Positions 28,920-42,912 of a DNA stretch of 64,000 bases are shown here, piece after piece. Source of the DNA: Mobula hypostoma (taxonomy: Eukaryota); contig NC_086097.1 of NCBI RefSeq assembly GCF_963921235.1, positions 52,144,001 to 52,208,000 of the forward strand, written 5' to 3'. The translations under genes and the position numbers were made by a program. The first letter of the stretch is position 1. Each line of letters starts with the position of its first letter. The notes beneath the pieces were generated by a model. The model worked only from the letters and a program-made list of their open reading frames with translations, was not told the DNA's origin and ran no database searches.

Positions 28920-30820
28920 GTGAGACTCAAAACAGTTCTATGCAAACCCAACTCACTTGCTGTCTTTCATTGTTGGTAATCACGATCCGAACCATCTGTC
29001 TAGAAAGAGTATTGTGCAAGTGGCAAAATAGTTCAGTTACTTTGCCATGTGCTACTTTGTAAGGAGCTGATCATTCCAGCAGCTAAAACCTCAGCTGTGT
29101 AGTTCATCTTTATGTACACCATGCGGTTGAATGAAATGCAAATCAATCACACAATGCAATCAGCACTTCCATCCACACATCACAGTGAGAAACTGAATCG
29201 CTGCAGTCTGTCTGTGTGCTGTCCCTGCTAGCGGACATTGCTGGCTGCGTGGCCTAAGATCAGTTGTTCTGCAATGTATATCTGATATTGTTGGTGCAGC
29301 TTTGAGCACAAATAATTATTATTGTAGACCATACCATGAAAAGCAGGCCTTAAAGGGGAAATGAAGCTGTGTAAAAGAGGAAGTCCTCAGACGGGCGGTA
29401 ATCATTCAGTGCGAGTTGGCATTACCTGTGGCACAGAGCTTATAGGTGGTTACAGTGCACTACTATAAGAAAGAAGCTCTTGTCCCCATTTTTGCATGAT
29501 TGATTAATTGGAAAAGTTACGCAGAAGGAACCTCAATGGTTAAATTTTTAATAAACAGCATTAATGTATAGTAACTGCTTTGTAGCTATATTTCACTACA
29601 TTTGCAGCAGCCAGAGGGAAGGGTCTCTGCATGTTAACATTGTTTATTGGCTCACGATGAGCGTAGTTCCAAACGTTATAAAGCAGTAACCAGTGCATTT
29701 TAAATAATCTACAAAGGCTAGTTCATTGGGTAGAAGAATGGCTTCAGTGTACCACAAACAGTATTTCATACTATCAGAAACGAAACAAGCTGCATTAATT
29801 AGGTTTCGATCTAACTCAGAATGATGGCGAATACTCTATCAAAATTTTATGAGCTGAAAAAAAACACAGACACGGGCTTCATGATTCCACATATATTTTG
29901 TTGGAACCAGTTTTTAATCTTTTGTGTTATAATATAAAGGTTAATAATCATAAGTTTGGTAAAGGTGTATGTAACTTGTGTTATGGTGAAATTTTAATAC
30001 TTTCATTTCCTCTTAACTGAATAAGAGAGACAATTTGTCTATTATACCTTTTACCTTGATTTTATTTCATTGCCCTTTTTATGCTTTTCTTTTGCCTCGT
30101 GTTACTTTACTGGGAAGTAACAAACTCAGCTGAATTTCATTGAAATTCCTTCCACTTCCTGCTGAGGATGAGGCTCTGCCAATGTCAGTAAAGGGAAAGG
30201 CCTCATAGTCGGTCTGCAGAAATGCCTCTGGTCTGGATATCACGGTTTATTTAAAAAAAAGCTTGAGCACATGCCCATTTGGCAGCAATGTGATCCAGGC
30301 ACTGAAAATGGTCAATAGCCCAGTCCATCTGGCTGTAATAAAGTACTTCTAAAGTTAACAGATTTATATTGTTCACAAAGTAGGTAGTTTAGATTGTGAA
30401 AGACCGAACTGGCTTTGGACTGTTACAAGTTTTTCCCCTGTGTGATTCAGCAAAAGGAAAGGGAATGCTGACATGGAATATAATTGCATGGTAATGACTG
30501 TAATTTTTGTTCTGGAGAGACTACTGTACCATATCCTAAAATAGAATGTGATTGCAATGCTCCAGTTTTGTTTTTTGAGCAACCCAGAGTAACTAGAAAC
30601 ATCTTTCAGCTGTCTGTGGTTTATTTTCACATGTTTGCAGAATTCAGTCACTGGGTTGCACTTTGATTTCCATTTACTAAAACAATTTGGGCTAGGAAAA
30701 TGGTTTAACACAATAACTTACAGTATATTGACTCTAGTATGACTTCAAACAATAACCAGAACTACACCTAGCACTCTTCAATTTTTGTGCTCGGTGCTAA
30801 CAAAGGAGGGGTCAGGGTGA

Positions 30821-30970
<150 letters not shown>

Positions 30971-32928
30971 TAACTTTTATGAGCAAGGGAATCTGTTTCC
31001 TCCCATTAATATTTAACTGACACTGTAGAAATCTGGGTCTTGAAGTGGGGGCCAGAAATCAGATCCACAATACAGAAACAATGCTTTAGCATAGTTTGCT
31101 GTTTATGGTTTTGCATGAGAAATCTGACATAGAGGAAAAATACAATCTTTATTATCGGCCTCTTATTATCTAGATTACAGAATAAGGAAACATCGATAAT
31201 AATAATAATTTGTAAAGACGACAAAATTATTTTTCTGCTCTTTTAACTTCATGGAATTAGATTGGATCGTTGTTGAGATAAATGCATTTAAAGGAGCCAC
31301 TCATTTACTCACATTAAATTCAGTGTAATTTTGCCATCTCCTCCACGTTAAATCACACCAATGAATTGGATTTTCACACTCCCCCCCCCAACCACCAGCT
31401 CTCACACATCTTTAAAAAAAAACTCTGTGTAGTAGACAGCACTTGCACTTTTTATGTTATTCTCGAACTTGCCTTTTACAAGTGTGCAAGTGATGCATGC
31501 CTGTGCCTTTACTTTCACTGTGTGTAAGAATGCTGGTAAGAGATTTTTGTATGCATAAATATGCAATAGCTATGTAAAATGCACGATTTGAAATCAATTT
31601 CTAAAAGCTGTAGCAAATGTGGACAACCTTGAATCAAACATGAATGATCCATTATGATTTTAATTTTAATTTTGTGACAAAACTATTTTCTTGAACACTT
31701 CTGTACCTTACACTCTGAATAATTATAGCCTGATGAAACTTCATTTGTGAGAACAGTGAAGCATGACAAAACTCATGTCATCTGCTCTTTATTGAGAGAT
31801 ACAGGCTCTTCTAGCCCAACGAGCCCACACCTCCCAATTAACCTACTTCCCCGTATATCTTTGAAATGTGGGAGGAAACTGGAGCACCCGGAGGAAACCT
31901 ACACAGTCAGAGGGAGCATACAAACTCCGTAGGGACAGTGACGGGAATTGAACCTGGGTCGCTGGCTTTGTAATAGCATTCTGCTAACCCTGTTCCCACA
32001 CTACTTTTAAACACACACTAGGGCTTTATTCCGAAATCCTTTTTTTGAAGTCACTGAGGCCTCTGCTTCTTTCAAGTACATCAGGACCCAGTTTTTGCAT
32101 CCTTGCAAATGTACAGACCATCTTCTAACACCCCCTTTAAGCATAATGGTGTATTAATAGGAGTAAAATCCTGAATATCTGCCATTCAGGGTGCCAAATT
32201 ATTAGAGTTTTACTGTAAATGTAGTTGCCTTGTAGACAAATTAATTCAAAATATATATATTTATTTCAGTGATACAGCACAGAGTAGGCCCCTTCAGTGC
32301 TTCAATCTCCAACAAACCCGATTAACACTAACCTAATCACGGGACAAGTTACAATGACTAATTTACCTTTGGCCTGTGCAAGGAAAGTGGAGCACTGGGG
32401 AAAACCCAGGCATTCCACGGGGAGGGTGTACAGAGACTTCTTGCAGAATGGCCCCAGAGTTGAACTCCGAACCCTGGAACACCCCAAATTACAGCAGTGT
32501 CTCACTAAACGACACGCTGCCATAGAGATTATGTATACTCTAACATAACCTTAGTGGTGACATTCCATCAAACCACAAATGATTTAACTAATTTGCCCAG
32601 CTGGCAGGTTTCTAGCAGAGAAAATCATTGTCAGATAGCTGCCAATAAAAGCACAACCATGAAGATTTAAATACCTGCGTGACACTGTGATTCGAGAAAA
32701 TTGCTGTTCATCTCCACACATCTGCATAGCTGTGCTGCCAAGTTTTTATTCCCACAGTCTGAAAAATAATTCACCTTGCGTTCAAAACATTAAGTGCTAA
32801 AGATCTGCTCCAGAGCTAGCCAGTCCTCTTCTTAAAATATTTCATGTTAGTTACAACATTGCAAATATAATGCTTCCAAGGTAACACCCACAAACTACTG
32901 AGGGAACTCAGCAGGTCAGGCAGCATCT

Positions 32929-33599
32929 ATAGAAAAACATAGAAAATGGGTGCAGGAGTAGGCCATTCAGCCCTTCGAGCCTGCACCTCCATTCAGTATG
33001 AGCATGGCTGATCATCCAACTTAGAACCCTGCACCAGCCTTCCCACCATACCCCCTGATCCCTTTAGCCACAAGGGCCATATCTAATTCCCTCTTAAATA
33101 TAGCCAATGAACTGGCCTCAACTGTTTCCTGTGGCAGAGAATTCCACAGTTTCACCACTCTCTGTGTGAAGAAGTTTTTCCTAATCTCGGTCCTAAAAGG
33201 CTTCCCCTTTATCCTCAAACTGTGACCCCTCGTCTGGACTTCCCCAACATCGGGAACAATCTTCCTGTATCTAGCCTGTCCAATCTCTTTAGGATTTTAT
33301 ATGTTTCAATCAGATCCCCCCTCAATCTTCTAAATTCCAACGAGTATAAGCCTAGTTCATCCAGTCTTTCATCATATGAAAGTCCTGCCATCCCAGCAAT
33401 CAATCTGGTGAACCTTCTTTGTACTCCCTGTATGGCAAGGATGTCTTTCCTCAGATTAGGGGACCAAAACTGCACACAATACTCCAGGTGTGGTCTCACC
33501 AAGGCCTTATACAACTGCAGTAGTACCTCCTTGCTCCTGTACTCGAATCCTCTTGCTATAAATGCCAGCATACCATTCGCCTTTTTCACCGCCTGCTGT
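32929..33599 (-). mobile_element. Young CR1 3' fragment, same subfamily as 24048-25483
   Basis: The reverse complement is near-identical to 24816-25483 (KKANGMLAFIARGFEYRS...KPFRTEIRKNFFTQRVV). Confidence 0.93.
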
Positions 33600-33699
33600 T
33601 CATGTCCCTCCATCTTCCTCACATCCATGTGCCTATACAAACATAATTTAAAAGTCTCAAATGGGACCAGACAGCATCCATCAGAATAGGAGGAGAAGT

Positions 33700-34290
33700 A
33701 AGTGAGTGTGTGAATATCATGAGAGGAGTCAGGCAAGGTTGTGTCTTTTCGCCAGACTTATTCAACCTGTATAGTGAAAATATCTTGAGAAGTATCAAAG
33801 ACATCAAAGGATTCACAATTGGAGGCCATAATATAAATAACATCAGATATGCTGATGACATCGTACTAATAGTTTACTCAGAAACAAAACTTCAAGAACT
33901 ACTCACTACAGTGGCAGCAGAAAGTAATTGCAGAGGCCTCTCAATCAACACCAAGAAGACAGAAAAAATGGTCATCTCCAGAAAGACAAACATCCCACAA
34001 CGTGTGATCAAGATCGGAAATACAAACATCAAACAAGTTAACAAATTCAGATACCTTGGCAGCCTAATAACAAGTGATGGCAGGTGCGACACAGATATCA
34101 AATACAGAATAGCAATGGCGAAGGAAGCTTTCCAAAAAATGGCGACCATATTAACAGACAGAAAGATGAGCATGTACACTAAAAACAGAATACTGCAGTG
34201 CTACATTTATTCTATCCTGACTTATGGAAGTGAACGCTGGACCATTTCCCCAGCAATGGAAAAGAGACTAGAAGCAACTGAATTATGGTA
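33700..34290 (+). mobile_element. RTE-clade (BovB-like) RT fragment
   Basis: Open 193-codon frame with GVRQGCVFSPDLFNLYSE, INNIRYADD, FRYLGS and LTYGSE.W. Confidence 0.85.
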
Positions 34291-37200
34291 AGAATGAAGA
34301 GTCAATGTTTTGGGGCAAGACACTTCATGAGTTCTGTGACGACCTTCATTTCCAAGATGTGGCCTGTTCTCAAAAGTCAGGGTAAATCCAGTCTGGCCAA
34401 TTACCGCTCCATTAATCAACTCTCAACCATCAGCACAGTGATGGAAGTAACATTGACAATGCTATCTAATAGAACATTGCTCTTTCTTTGGCTTCATCAT
34501 GGGCCAATCACTCAGGATCTCATTACAGCTTTGGTCTAAGCTTTGTTAAATTAGGGTGATTTAAAAATGACTGACTGCCATGTTTTCAAGGCATCCCTTT
34601 GCTGAGTGTAACATCAAAGGAAGTCAAGGGAAATTGGGTTAAGCTATTCACTTGTCCAAACTGTACACAGCCCAAGCATTTTCTCATGGTTGTGCAAGTC
34701 CAGTGACAATGCAGGAGTTCCTCAGTAGAACCATGTTAATTTCTTCATCAATGATTGTCCCTCCATTGTACGATTGGAAGTAATATTGCTTGTTAATCAC
34801 TATGATCAGTTCTATTCATAATTCCATTGATAATAAGGGAGTCCCTTTGTGTAGCAGAATCTGGGCAATGTTCAGGCGTGGACAGGTAACTGGAAGTAAT
34901 TTTTATGCTACATTGTGTCTGACAATGGCTTTCTCCAACTAAGGTGAATCTAGCAACTCCTCTTGACATTGTCTAAGGCTTCACCATCAGCATTCTGGAA
35001 AGTTATCATTAGTTAGAAGCTAAATTGGACCAGCCACATAAATGCTGTGGCTACAAGAGCAAGCAAGATTCTAAATATTCAGCAGAATTGATTCAGACTA
35101 ACCAAATCTCTATTGAAATACTTTCCCCTTGTCCAAAGCAGTGCTGTTTTAGCAAAATTCAGGGTATCTGATATCATCAAAGGCAAAGCCTTTTGTTTGA
35201 CTGGCACTCCATTCACACCCTACACATTTATGCCCTCCACTGCTACTGCACTCTCTCTCCAATGTGTACCAACAAGATGGACTGTGGCAGCTTAGCAAGA
35301 CTTCTTCACCAGTTCCTCCATGATGTAGAAAAGGAAAGCCAGCAAGTGACCTTCCATCAGTATGTTTCCTCAGAGTCATGGCATGGAAATACGTCTCCTT
35401 TACTTTATTGACGCTGCATCTAATTCCTGGAATTTTCTGCATAGCAGTGCTGAGGGAGAACCTTCAGCAGTTTATGAAAGTGATTTGTAAGGGACAACAA
35501 ATGCTGGTGATGTGCTCATCCTCTGAATGTTGAATATTCATCATGCTGAATACATTGGACTATTAGGCGTCAAAAGGCTGACAAATAGCAGAAGTTGACC
35601 TTGGAGAGGAAGAAACAATCAATTTGTCAGGCTGAGAATCTCGGGCCAGAACTTCGACTGTTTATTCCTTTCCATAGATGCTGACTGACCTGCAAGTTCC
35701 TCCAGCATCGTGTGTGTGTGTGTGTGTGTTACTCTGGATTTCCAGCACCTAAAGACTCTTGTGTTTAGGAGTTGACTGCTTTTGGCTGGTTATTTCATTT
35801 TTAATGTTTTCTTACAGTGAAGAAGGAGGCCAATCCTCCCAACCCATCTATGTTAGCTCTTGCAATGTTCCCATTCCCCCACAATTTATTCTCCCTCATG
35901 CTCCCATCAACTCCCCTCCCATTTTCTTGCCACCCATCAACTCAAGGTGCAAGTCACAGCAATCAATTAATGTGTCAACACTTCTTTGGCACGTGGGAGC
36001 AAGCTACCCAAAGGAAATCTAGGTAGCCATCGGAAGAATGTAGCTATTTAGAAAAATAGAGGGCTATGGGTAACCCTAGGTAATTTCTAAGTAAGGACAT
36101 GCTCGGCACAGCTTTGTGGCCCAAAGGGCCTGTACTGTGCTATAGGTTTTCTATGTTTCCAATGTGCTGGGCCCACACAGGTTGTATCAGAGGTCAGGAC
36201 CGAAGGTGGACCATTGGCCTATGTGACAGAAACGCTTACTACTGCATTACAGTGCCAGTCTTGTCTTCAAATATTTTAACCATCTCAGCAAATGAAAAAT
36301 AATTTTAATCTAAATGTACATGCCAAAATTGTGGTCCCACCAGTGCCAAAATTATGTGATCCTTCCTGTACCCTTCTGTGGAATTTCCAATGAGAGTGCA
36401 GCTAAAGAACCAGAAAACAGCTTGGACCTTGGTTTCTGCTTACTTTTCCTGTCAATACCCATAGGGCCTGAGGGCGCTCCCTATGTCCACTCATACTCAA
36501 GAAACTGGAACGCCATCCTGGTGTTTCCACATCCTAGATCTAAATGATTCAAACTCTTTAAGGTCAATAGACTCTAAACTTTGGCTGCCAGCACTCCAGA
36601 TGTAGTGGTTTTTCCTTGTATACACCTCCACACATCCATAAAAACATACTGTATAATGTGTCCGGTCTCCTGTATGATACTTTGTCCTTTCAGGCAAACA
36701 ACTAGGTGGTCAGTCATTGGGCCATTTATTCAGTCTGTTGGGAAGCCGTTGGCTTTGGCTCTCTTTGAGAGACAGCACTTGAGATCAGAAACTTTATTCA
36801 AATGTATTGACCCAACAGTATTTCATGCAACTATTCTAAAAGTATCCATATAATACCTTTACTTTAAGTGCTCACAGCTGGTCACTGTGATATACTTTAG
36901 CACAGTGCTTGATTCAATGGTGCACTACTATGTCTCCCGGGCATGGCAAAATCTCAACAAGCAAGGCTTGTATGATGGAAATTAACCATTTTCTCAGCAG
37001 AGAAACTTGATTAAAAGTAGTACTATATTTCTGTATAATCATTTGCACCAAATTTTCTCTTCACAAGTGCATATCTTGGGATTGTGTACATACTGAAATG
37101 TTCTTTTTGAGTTCTCGAAGAATGGTTTTAGTTATAGGTAATTCTTTAGAAAGTTTTGCAAGTACCATTTATCATGAAGGATCATGTTTCCCTCTCCCAC

Positions 37201-37371
37201 CCTAATGCCGCATCCACGCTAGGACCACCAGACTCAAAACCCGTTACTGCCCTCAAGCCATCAGGCTGATCAATACCTCCACCCATTAACCCATCACCAC
37301 CACAGCATTATCATTCCTTATCAGACTCGCCGTGTGCACAAATACTCCTGTACCTAGTGTCACTTTATGTA

Positions 37372-37817
37372 CGGGGGTGATTAATAAGTTTGTGGCCTAA
37401 GGTAGAAGGAGCCCATTTTAGAAAACCCCTCCTGCATGTACACACTTAGTCCAGCGGACGTGAAGCATACGGATCTTGGACCTCCAGAAGGTGCCCACAG
37501 CAGGGGTGATTGGTAAGTTCGTGACCTAAGGTAGAAGATGTGTTATTAACTTCAAACTTTCTGCATAATCACTCAAAGAGTTGACCTGCATGTGCATGTA
37601 ACAAGAGCTGTATAACTCATCTCCTTCTACCTTAGGCTACGAACTTATCAATCACCCCTGCTGTGGACACTTTCTGGAGGTCCAAGATCCGTATGCTCCA
37701 TGACCGCTGGACTAAGTGTGTAAATGTAGGAGGGGACTATGTTGAAAAATAAATGTGCTAGGTTTCCTAAAATTGACTCCTTCTACCTTAGGCCACAAAC
37801 TTATCAATCACCCCCTG
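37372..37817. mobile_element. Mariner-derived foldback MITE
   Basis: TA flanks (37370-37371, 37818-37819); long inverted termini GGGGTGATT.ATAAGTT.GTGGCCTAAGGTAGAAGGAG; mariner C-terminal remnant RWTKCVNVGGDYVEK* at 37705-37752. Confidence 0.85.
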
Positions 37818-38062
37818 TATATGCAATCTCTCTATGTATGTAAGTAACATTTATATTTATGTTTTTAATTGTGTTCCTTTAGGCTTATTGTGTTTTTCTA
37901 TTGTGCAGAAGATCCAGACTAACAATCCTTTTGTTCTCCTTTTCACCTGTTGTTTATTGTCAAGAATGACAATAATCATTATTGAATCTTAAACTTCTAT
38001 TGTTAAATTGATTGACTGTATAATTCATTGCAAATGGTATTGAATTGATTACCCAAGTTTAA

Positions 38063-38335
<273 letters not shown>

Positions 38336-38650
38336 TAGCTGAGCTTGAAATTTCATGGAGTGTACCTATTCTGTTTGCCAGGTTGAGTTTGACATGTGCA
38401 CACGTATGGTGAGGTTCAGGTGAAATGAAAAACTTGCTTGTTGCCCATGGGTTCAGACAGCACACAAAACATAAATTATACAGGACTATGAAGAGAAAAA
38501 CAGCTGTTGAAAACGTGTAATCAGTGCAAAAATAGAGACAGGATATAATAATGCAAGAGGTAGGAATATGGTTGTGTCAAGAACCTGACGTTTGCAGGAA
38601 ATTAGCTGTTTCTAAACCTCATGGTGTGGGGCTTGATGCTTCTGTGTCTC

Positions 38651-38794
38651 ATCAAGTCAGGACTGACTAAGGATCTCAGCTCGAAACATCGACTGTTTAT
38701 TCCCTTCCATAGATGCTGCTTTGCTTGATTTGTTGTTCCTGCAGTAATGTGTGTGTGTGTGTTGCTCAATATTTCCAGCATCTCTTGTGGTTAG
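38651..38794 (+). mobile_element. Older Penelope-like insertion with degenerate hammerhead
   Basis: 13-bp TSD GCTTCTGTGTCTC (38638-38650, 38795-38807); reads CTGACTA-AGGATCTCAGCTC-GAAACATC-GACTG. Confidence 0.7.
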
Positions 38795-40529
38795 GCTTCT
38801 GTGTCTCTTGCTCGACATGCTGAACAGTAGGCATAGCCCACTTGGTGGGATTGTTGATGATAAATGGTACCTTCTTCAGGCAGTGCATTTTGTAGATGCT
38901 GTCAGAGGTCGACCAGGCTGTGTCCACTACTCTCTGCAGATCAACGAAATGGCTGATCGGCTCTTGTTGCTTTTTCAGTTCTGCCAGGAGGAACGTGAGA
39001 AGTCGCATATCATTTGCCTTCAGTGAGACAATGCTATAGTTTTCTGCTCTAAACTGAGTCATGCTTGGACCACTAACCTAAAATTATTAGTATGTTAGTT
39101 TTTTTTTAAATTACAACAAAACCTATAGTACTGTGAAATTTAATGAATTAGGCAGAAAATATTAGACATATTTTAGGTGTGATAGATGTTTGAATTTCCA
39201 GGTGACACCATCTAGAACATATTGTTGTTTCTAAGTTTACAAAGGGAAACAGTTTGTAATTCTGCCACCTGATGTGGTGGTCTGTACACTGTGCAGGTGA
39301 TTTGATCTGAAACTGGATCACTAAGATGCCTTCAGATGCTCGTAGAGGACACGTGCTTGAACTGGAACGTGAGTGTGCATGGTGTCATCAGGCTGTGTGT
39401 AGCGCATATCTTCTCATCACTTGTACATTATTCTTGTGAAGGACCAGGCTGATCACAACGAAGCACGCCTTAGCTCCAGAACTCAGCCACCTTTGTTTCT
39501 CAACCTTATCAGCTTTACTGTTGTAGACTGTAGAAGAATACAGCATTGAAACACTGTCCACGCTGAGCATCAGACACTCATTTACACCGTTCCTACATAG
39601 TTACTCTTTATTCTGCACATTATCATCTTGCAGGCATATGGTTCTTTGCATTCACTCCAACCTGTGTCCCCCTCTTTGCTGATATCTTCAGCATATTCAG
39701 CAAATTAGTTGTTTGCTGTTGGTGGACACCAGTTTGTACCTCTCCGTATCGCCTCCTCACGGAGCTTGTTACTCTACCTGGGCCCAATGCCAAGAGGAAT
39801 CAACTCCAAGATGGAGACTGTGGTGGCAGAGCTGACGGTGGAAAGGTTTTTGCCCAGGTGTCCAGTATATATTTAAGTAGTGCAAAAGGAGAGCAAAATT
39901 TAAAAGTAAAATGGTGTGGTCTACATGGGTTCATTGTCCATCCAGATAGCTCATGGCAGTGGGGGAGAAGCTGAAACACTGAGTGTATGTCTTCAAGCTC
40001 CTGTGCCTCCTCCTTGATGGTAGCCATGAGAAGAAGGCATGCCCTGTGTGATGGGGGCCCTTAATGACGAATACCATCTTTTAGGTGCATCACTTTTTGA
40101 AGATGTCCTGGATGCTTCAGAGACTCGCGCCCATGATGGAGCTGCTGAGTGCAGTTTTCACCAGCTTTTTCTGATCCTGGGCAGTGGCCCCACCATGCCA
40201 GACAATGATTCAACCAGTTGGAATGTTCTTCATGGTACATCTGTAGTAATTTGCAAGAGTCTTTGGTGACGTACCATGTCTCCTCAAACTTTTCATGACA
40301 TCTAGCCACTGTTGTGCCTTTTTTATAATTGCATCAATTTGTTGGGCCCAGGATAGAGCAGAGATGTTGATACCCAGGAACCTGAAACTGCTGTCCCTTT
40401 GCACTACAGATCCCTCACTGATGGCTGGCGTGTGTTTCCTCGACTTTCCCCGCCTGAAGTCCACAATCATTTTCTTGGTCTTACTGATGTTGAGTGCAAG
40501 GTTGTTGTTTTGACACCACCCAATCAGCT

Positions 40530-42912
40530 GGAGACCAGAAGATGTAAGAGCAAAATTAGGCCATTTGAGCCATCAAGTCTGCTCTGCCATTTCATCATGA
40601 CTAATCCATTTCCCTCTGAGCCCCATCTCCTGCCTTCTCACTGTATTCCTTCTTGCTCTGACTAATCAAACAAATATCAACGTCTACCTTAAATATACCC
40701 AATGACATAGCCTCCACAGCCACCTGTGGCAACGTATTCCACGGATATACCACTCTCTGGCTGAAGAAATTTCTTCTCATCTCTGTTCTAAATGGATATT
40801 TCTCTATTCTGAGGCTGTATCCTTTGTTTCTTTGACTCCCCTACCATAGGAAACATCACTCTATCTAGGTCTTTCAACATTTGATAGGTTTAAATGAGAT
40901 TTCCCTCCCCGCCCCCTGATTCTTCTGAATTCTAGTGAGTATAGGCCCAGAGCCATCAAATGCTTCTCATATGATAAACCTTTCAATTCCAGAACCTCCT
41001 TTGAACCGTCTCCAATGTCAGCGTGTCCTTTCCTGGAGGCCTCAAAACTGCCCTCAATACTCCGTGAAGTCTCGACAGTGCCCAAAAAGCCTCAAAATTA
41101 CATCCTTGCTTTTATTTTCCAGTCTTCTCGAAATGAATGTTAATATTGTATTTGCCTTCCTCACCACTGACTCAGCCTGCATATTAACCTTTAGGGAATC
41201 CTGCACAAGCACTCGCAAGTCCCTTTGCACCTCAGATTTTTGAATTTTCTCTCCATTAAGATAATAGTCCAAAGTACACGACCATACATTCCCCAACATT
41301 TTATTCCATCTGCTATTTCTTTGCTCATTCTCCTAATCTAAGTCCTTCTGTAGCCTCTCCCTTTCGTCAAAACTACCTGCCCCTCCACTTATCTTCGTAT
41401 TGCCTCCAATCTTGGCCACAGAGTCATCAATTCCGTCATCCAAATCATTGACGTATAATGTAAAAAGTGCAGGTCGCTACACAGACCCCTGTGGAGCACC
41501 GCTAGTCTCTTGCAGTCAACCAGAAAAGGCTCCCTATATTCCCATTCCTTGCTTCCTGCCAGTCAGCCAAAGCTCTATCCATGCTTGTATTTTTCCTGTA
41601 ATATCATGGGCTCTTAACTTGTTAAACCACCTCACGTGTGGCACCTTGTCAAAAGCCTTCTGAAAATCCAAGTATATAACATCGACCAATTCTCCTTTGT
41701 CTATCCTGCTTGTTATTTCTTCAAAGAATTCCATCAGATTTGTCAAGCAAGATTTTCCTTAAGGAAACCATGCTGACTACAACATATTTTATCATGTGCC
41801 TCTAACACCCCCAAAACCACATCCTTAACAATCAACTTCAACATCTTCCTGAAGTCAGACTAACTGGCCTATACAGTCGGCCCTCCTTATCTGCGAGTTC
41901 TGCATGTACAAATTCAACCAACCGCGAATCCAGAAAACCCGGAAGTGCTCTTCCAGCACTTGTTGTTCAAGCATGTACACTTTTTTTCTTGTCATTATTC
42001 CCTAAACAATGCAGTATAACAACTATTTTACATGGCATTTACATTGTATTAGGTATTATAAGTAACCTAGAGATGATTTAAAGTATACGGGAGGATGTCC
42101 GTAGGTTATCGTGGATCGAGATCGAAAAAAAAACGTAAGGTCTCTTACTAAGTAAGTCGGAACAGGTACATCCGGTATTATTTAACGTCAGTTAGTCAAA
42201 TGTTTGTCTTAATATATAGTATATATTTTACCTTCCTATGCATATAAGACACTTAAGAAACGTATGTTTCAGTGCCGGGCTCGGGAACGGAAGTTCTTGA
42301 GTTCGATCTGGTGACAGACCACTCCCAAGCGCGCTCTCCATCTGTGCCGGGTTGATGTGCTGGATCAAAAACCCAAAACCTCAAAACCCAATAATTAAAC
42401 CACTGCGTTGCTTAGTAATAATTGTAGCTTTCATCGGGGCAGGGCCTTTCTCACTTTATCCTTTAAAATTGTTCCGATCGTTGACCAACTGTAGCCTAAT
42501 GCTTTTCCAATGACCGATGGCATTTCACCTCTTTCCGATCGCTTTATTATTTCCACTTTATTTTCAATCGTGATCGTGATTATTTTTGTGAGCAGAAACA
42601 CTGCAGACTCAGAGCTCTGCTGCCGGGTCCTAATGTCCACCGCACTGAGACAGGTTAAATAAGGTCCAGGGTTCCGCTGGGTCCTAAGGTCCACCGCATT
42701 GAGACAGGTTGAAAGAGGTACTTGAGTATCCGCATTTTTTGGTATCCACGAGGGGTCCTGGAACCAATCCCTTGCGGATAAGGAGGGCCGACTGTAATTT
42801 CCTTTCTTCTGCCTCTCTCCCTTCTTGGAGTGACATTTGCAATTTTCCATGCCAGAATTCATTGATCCTTGAAATATCATTACTAATGCCTCCACAATCT
42901 CTTCAGCAACTC
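40530..42912 (-). mobile_element. Decayed CR1 RT to 3' UTR, interrupted by a Tigger derivative
   Basis: Motifs TNLMEFFEEIT, YLDFQKAFDKVPH and LGLYSLEFRR; CR1-type 3' UTR. Confidence 0.85.
41874..42794 (-). mobile_element. pogo/Tigger-family non-autonomous DNA transposon
   Basis: TIR CAGTCGGCCCTCCTTATC (18 bp perfect) with TA flanks (41872-41873, 42795-42796). CENP-B/psq-type HTH remnant ITIENKVEIIKRSERGE..SVIGKALGYSWSTIGTILKDK. Confidence 0.9.
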
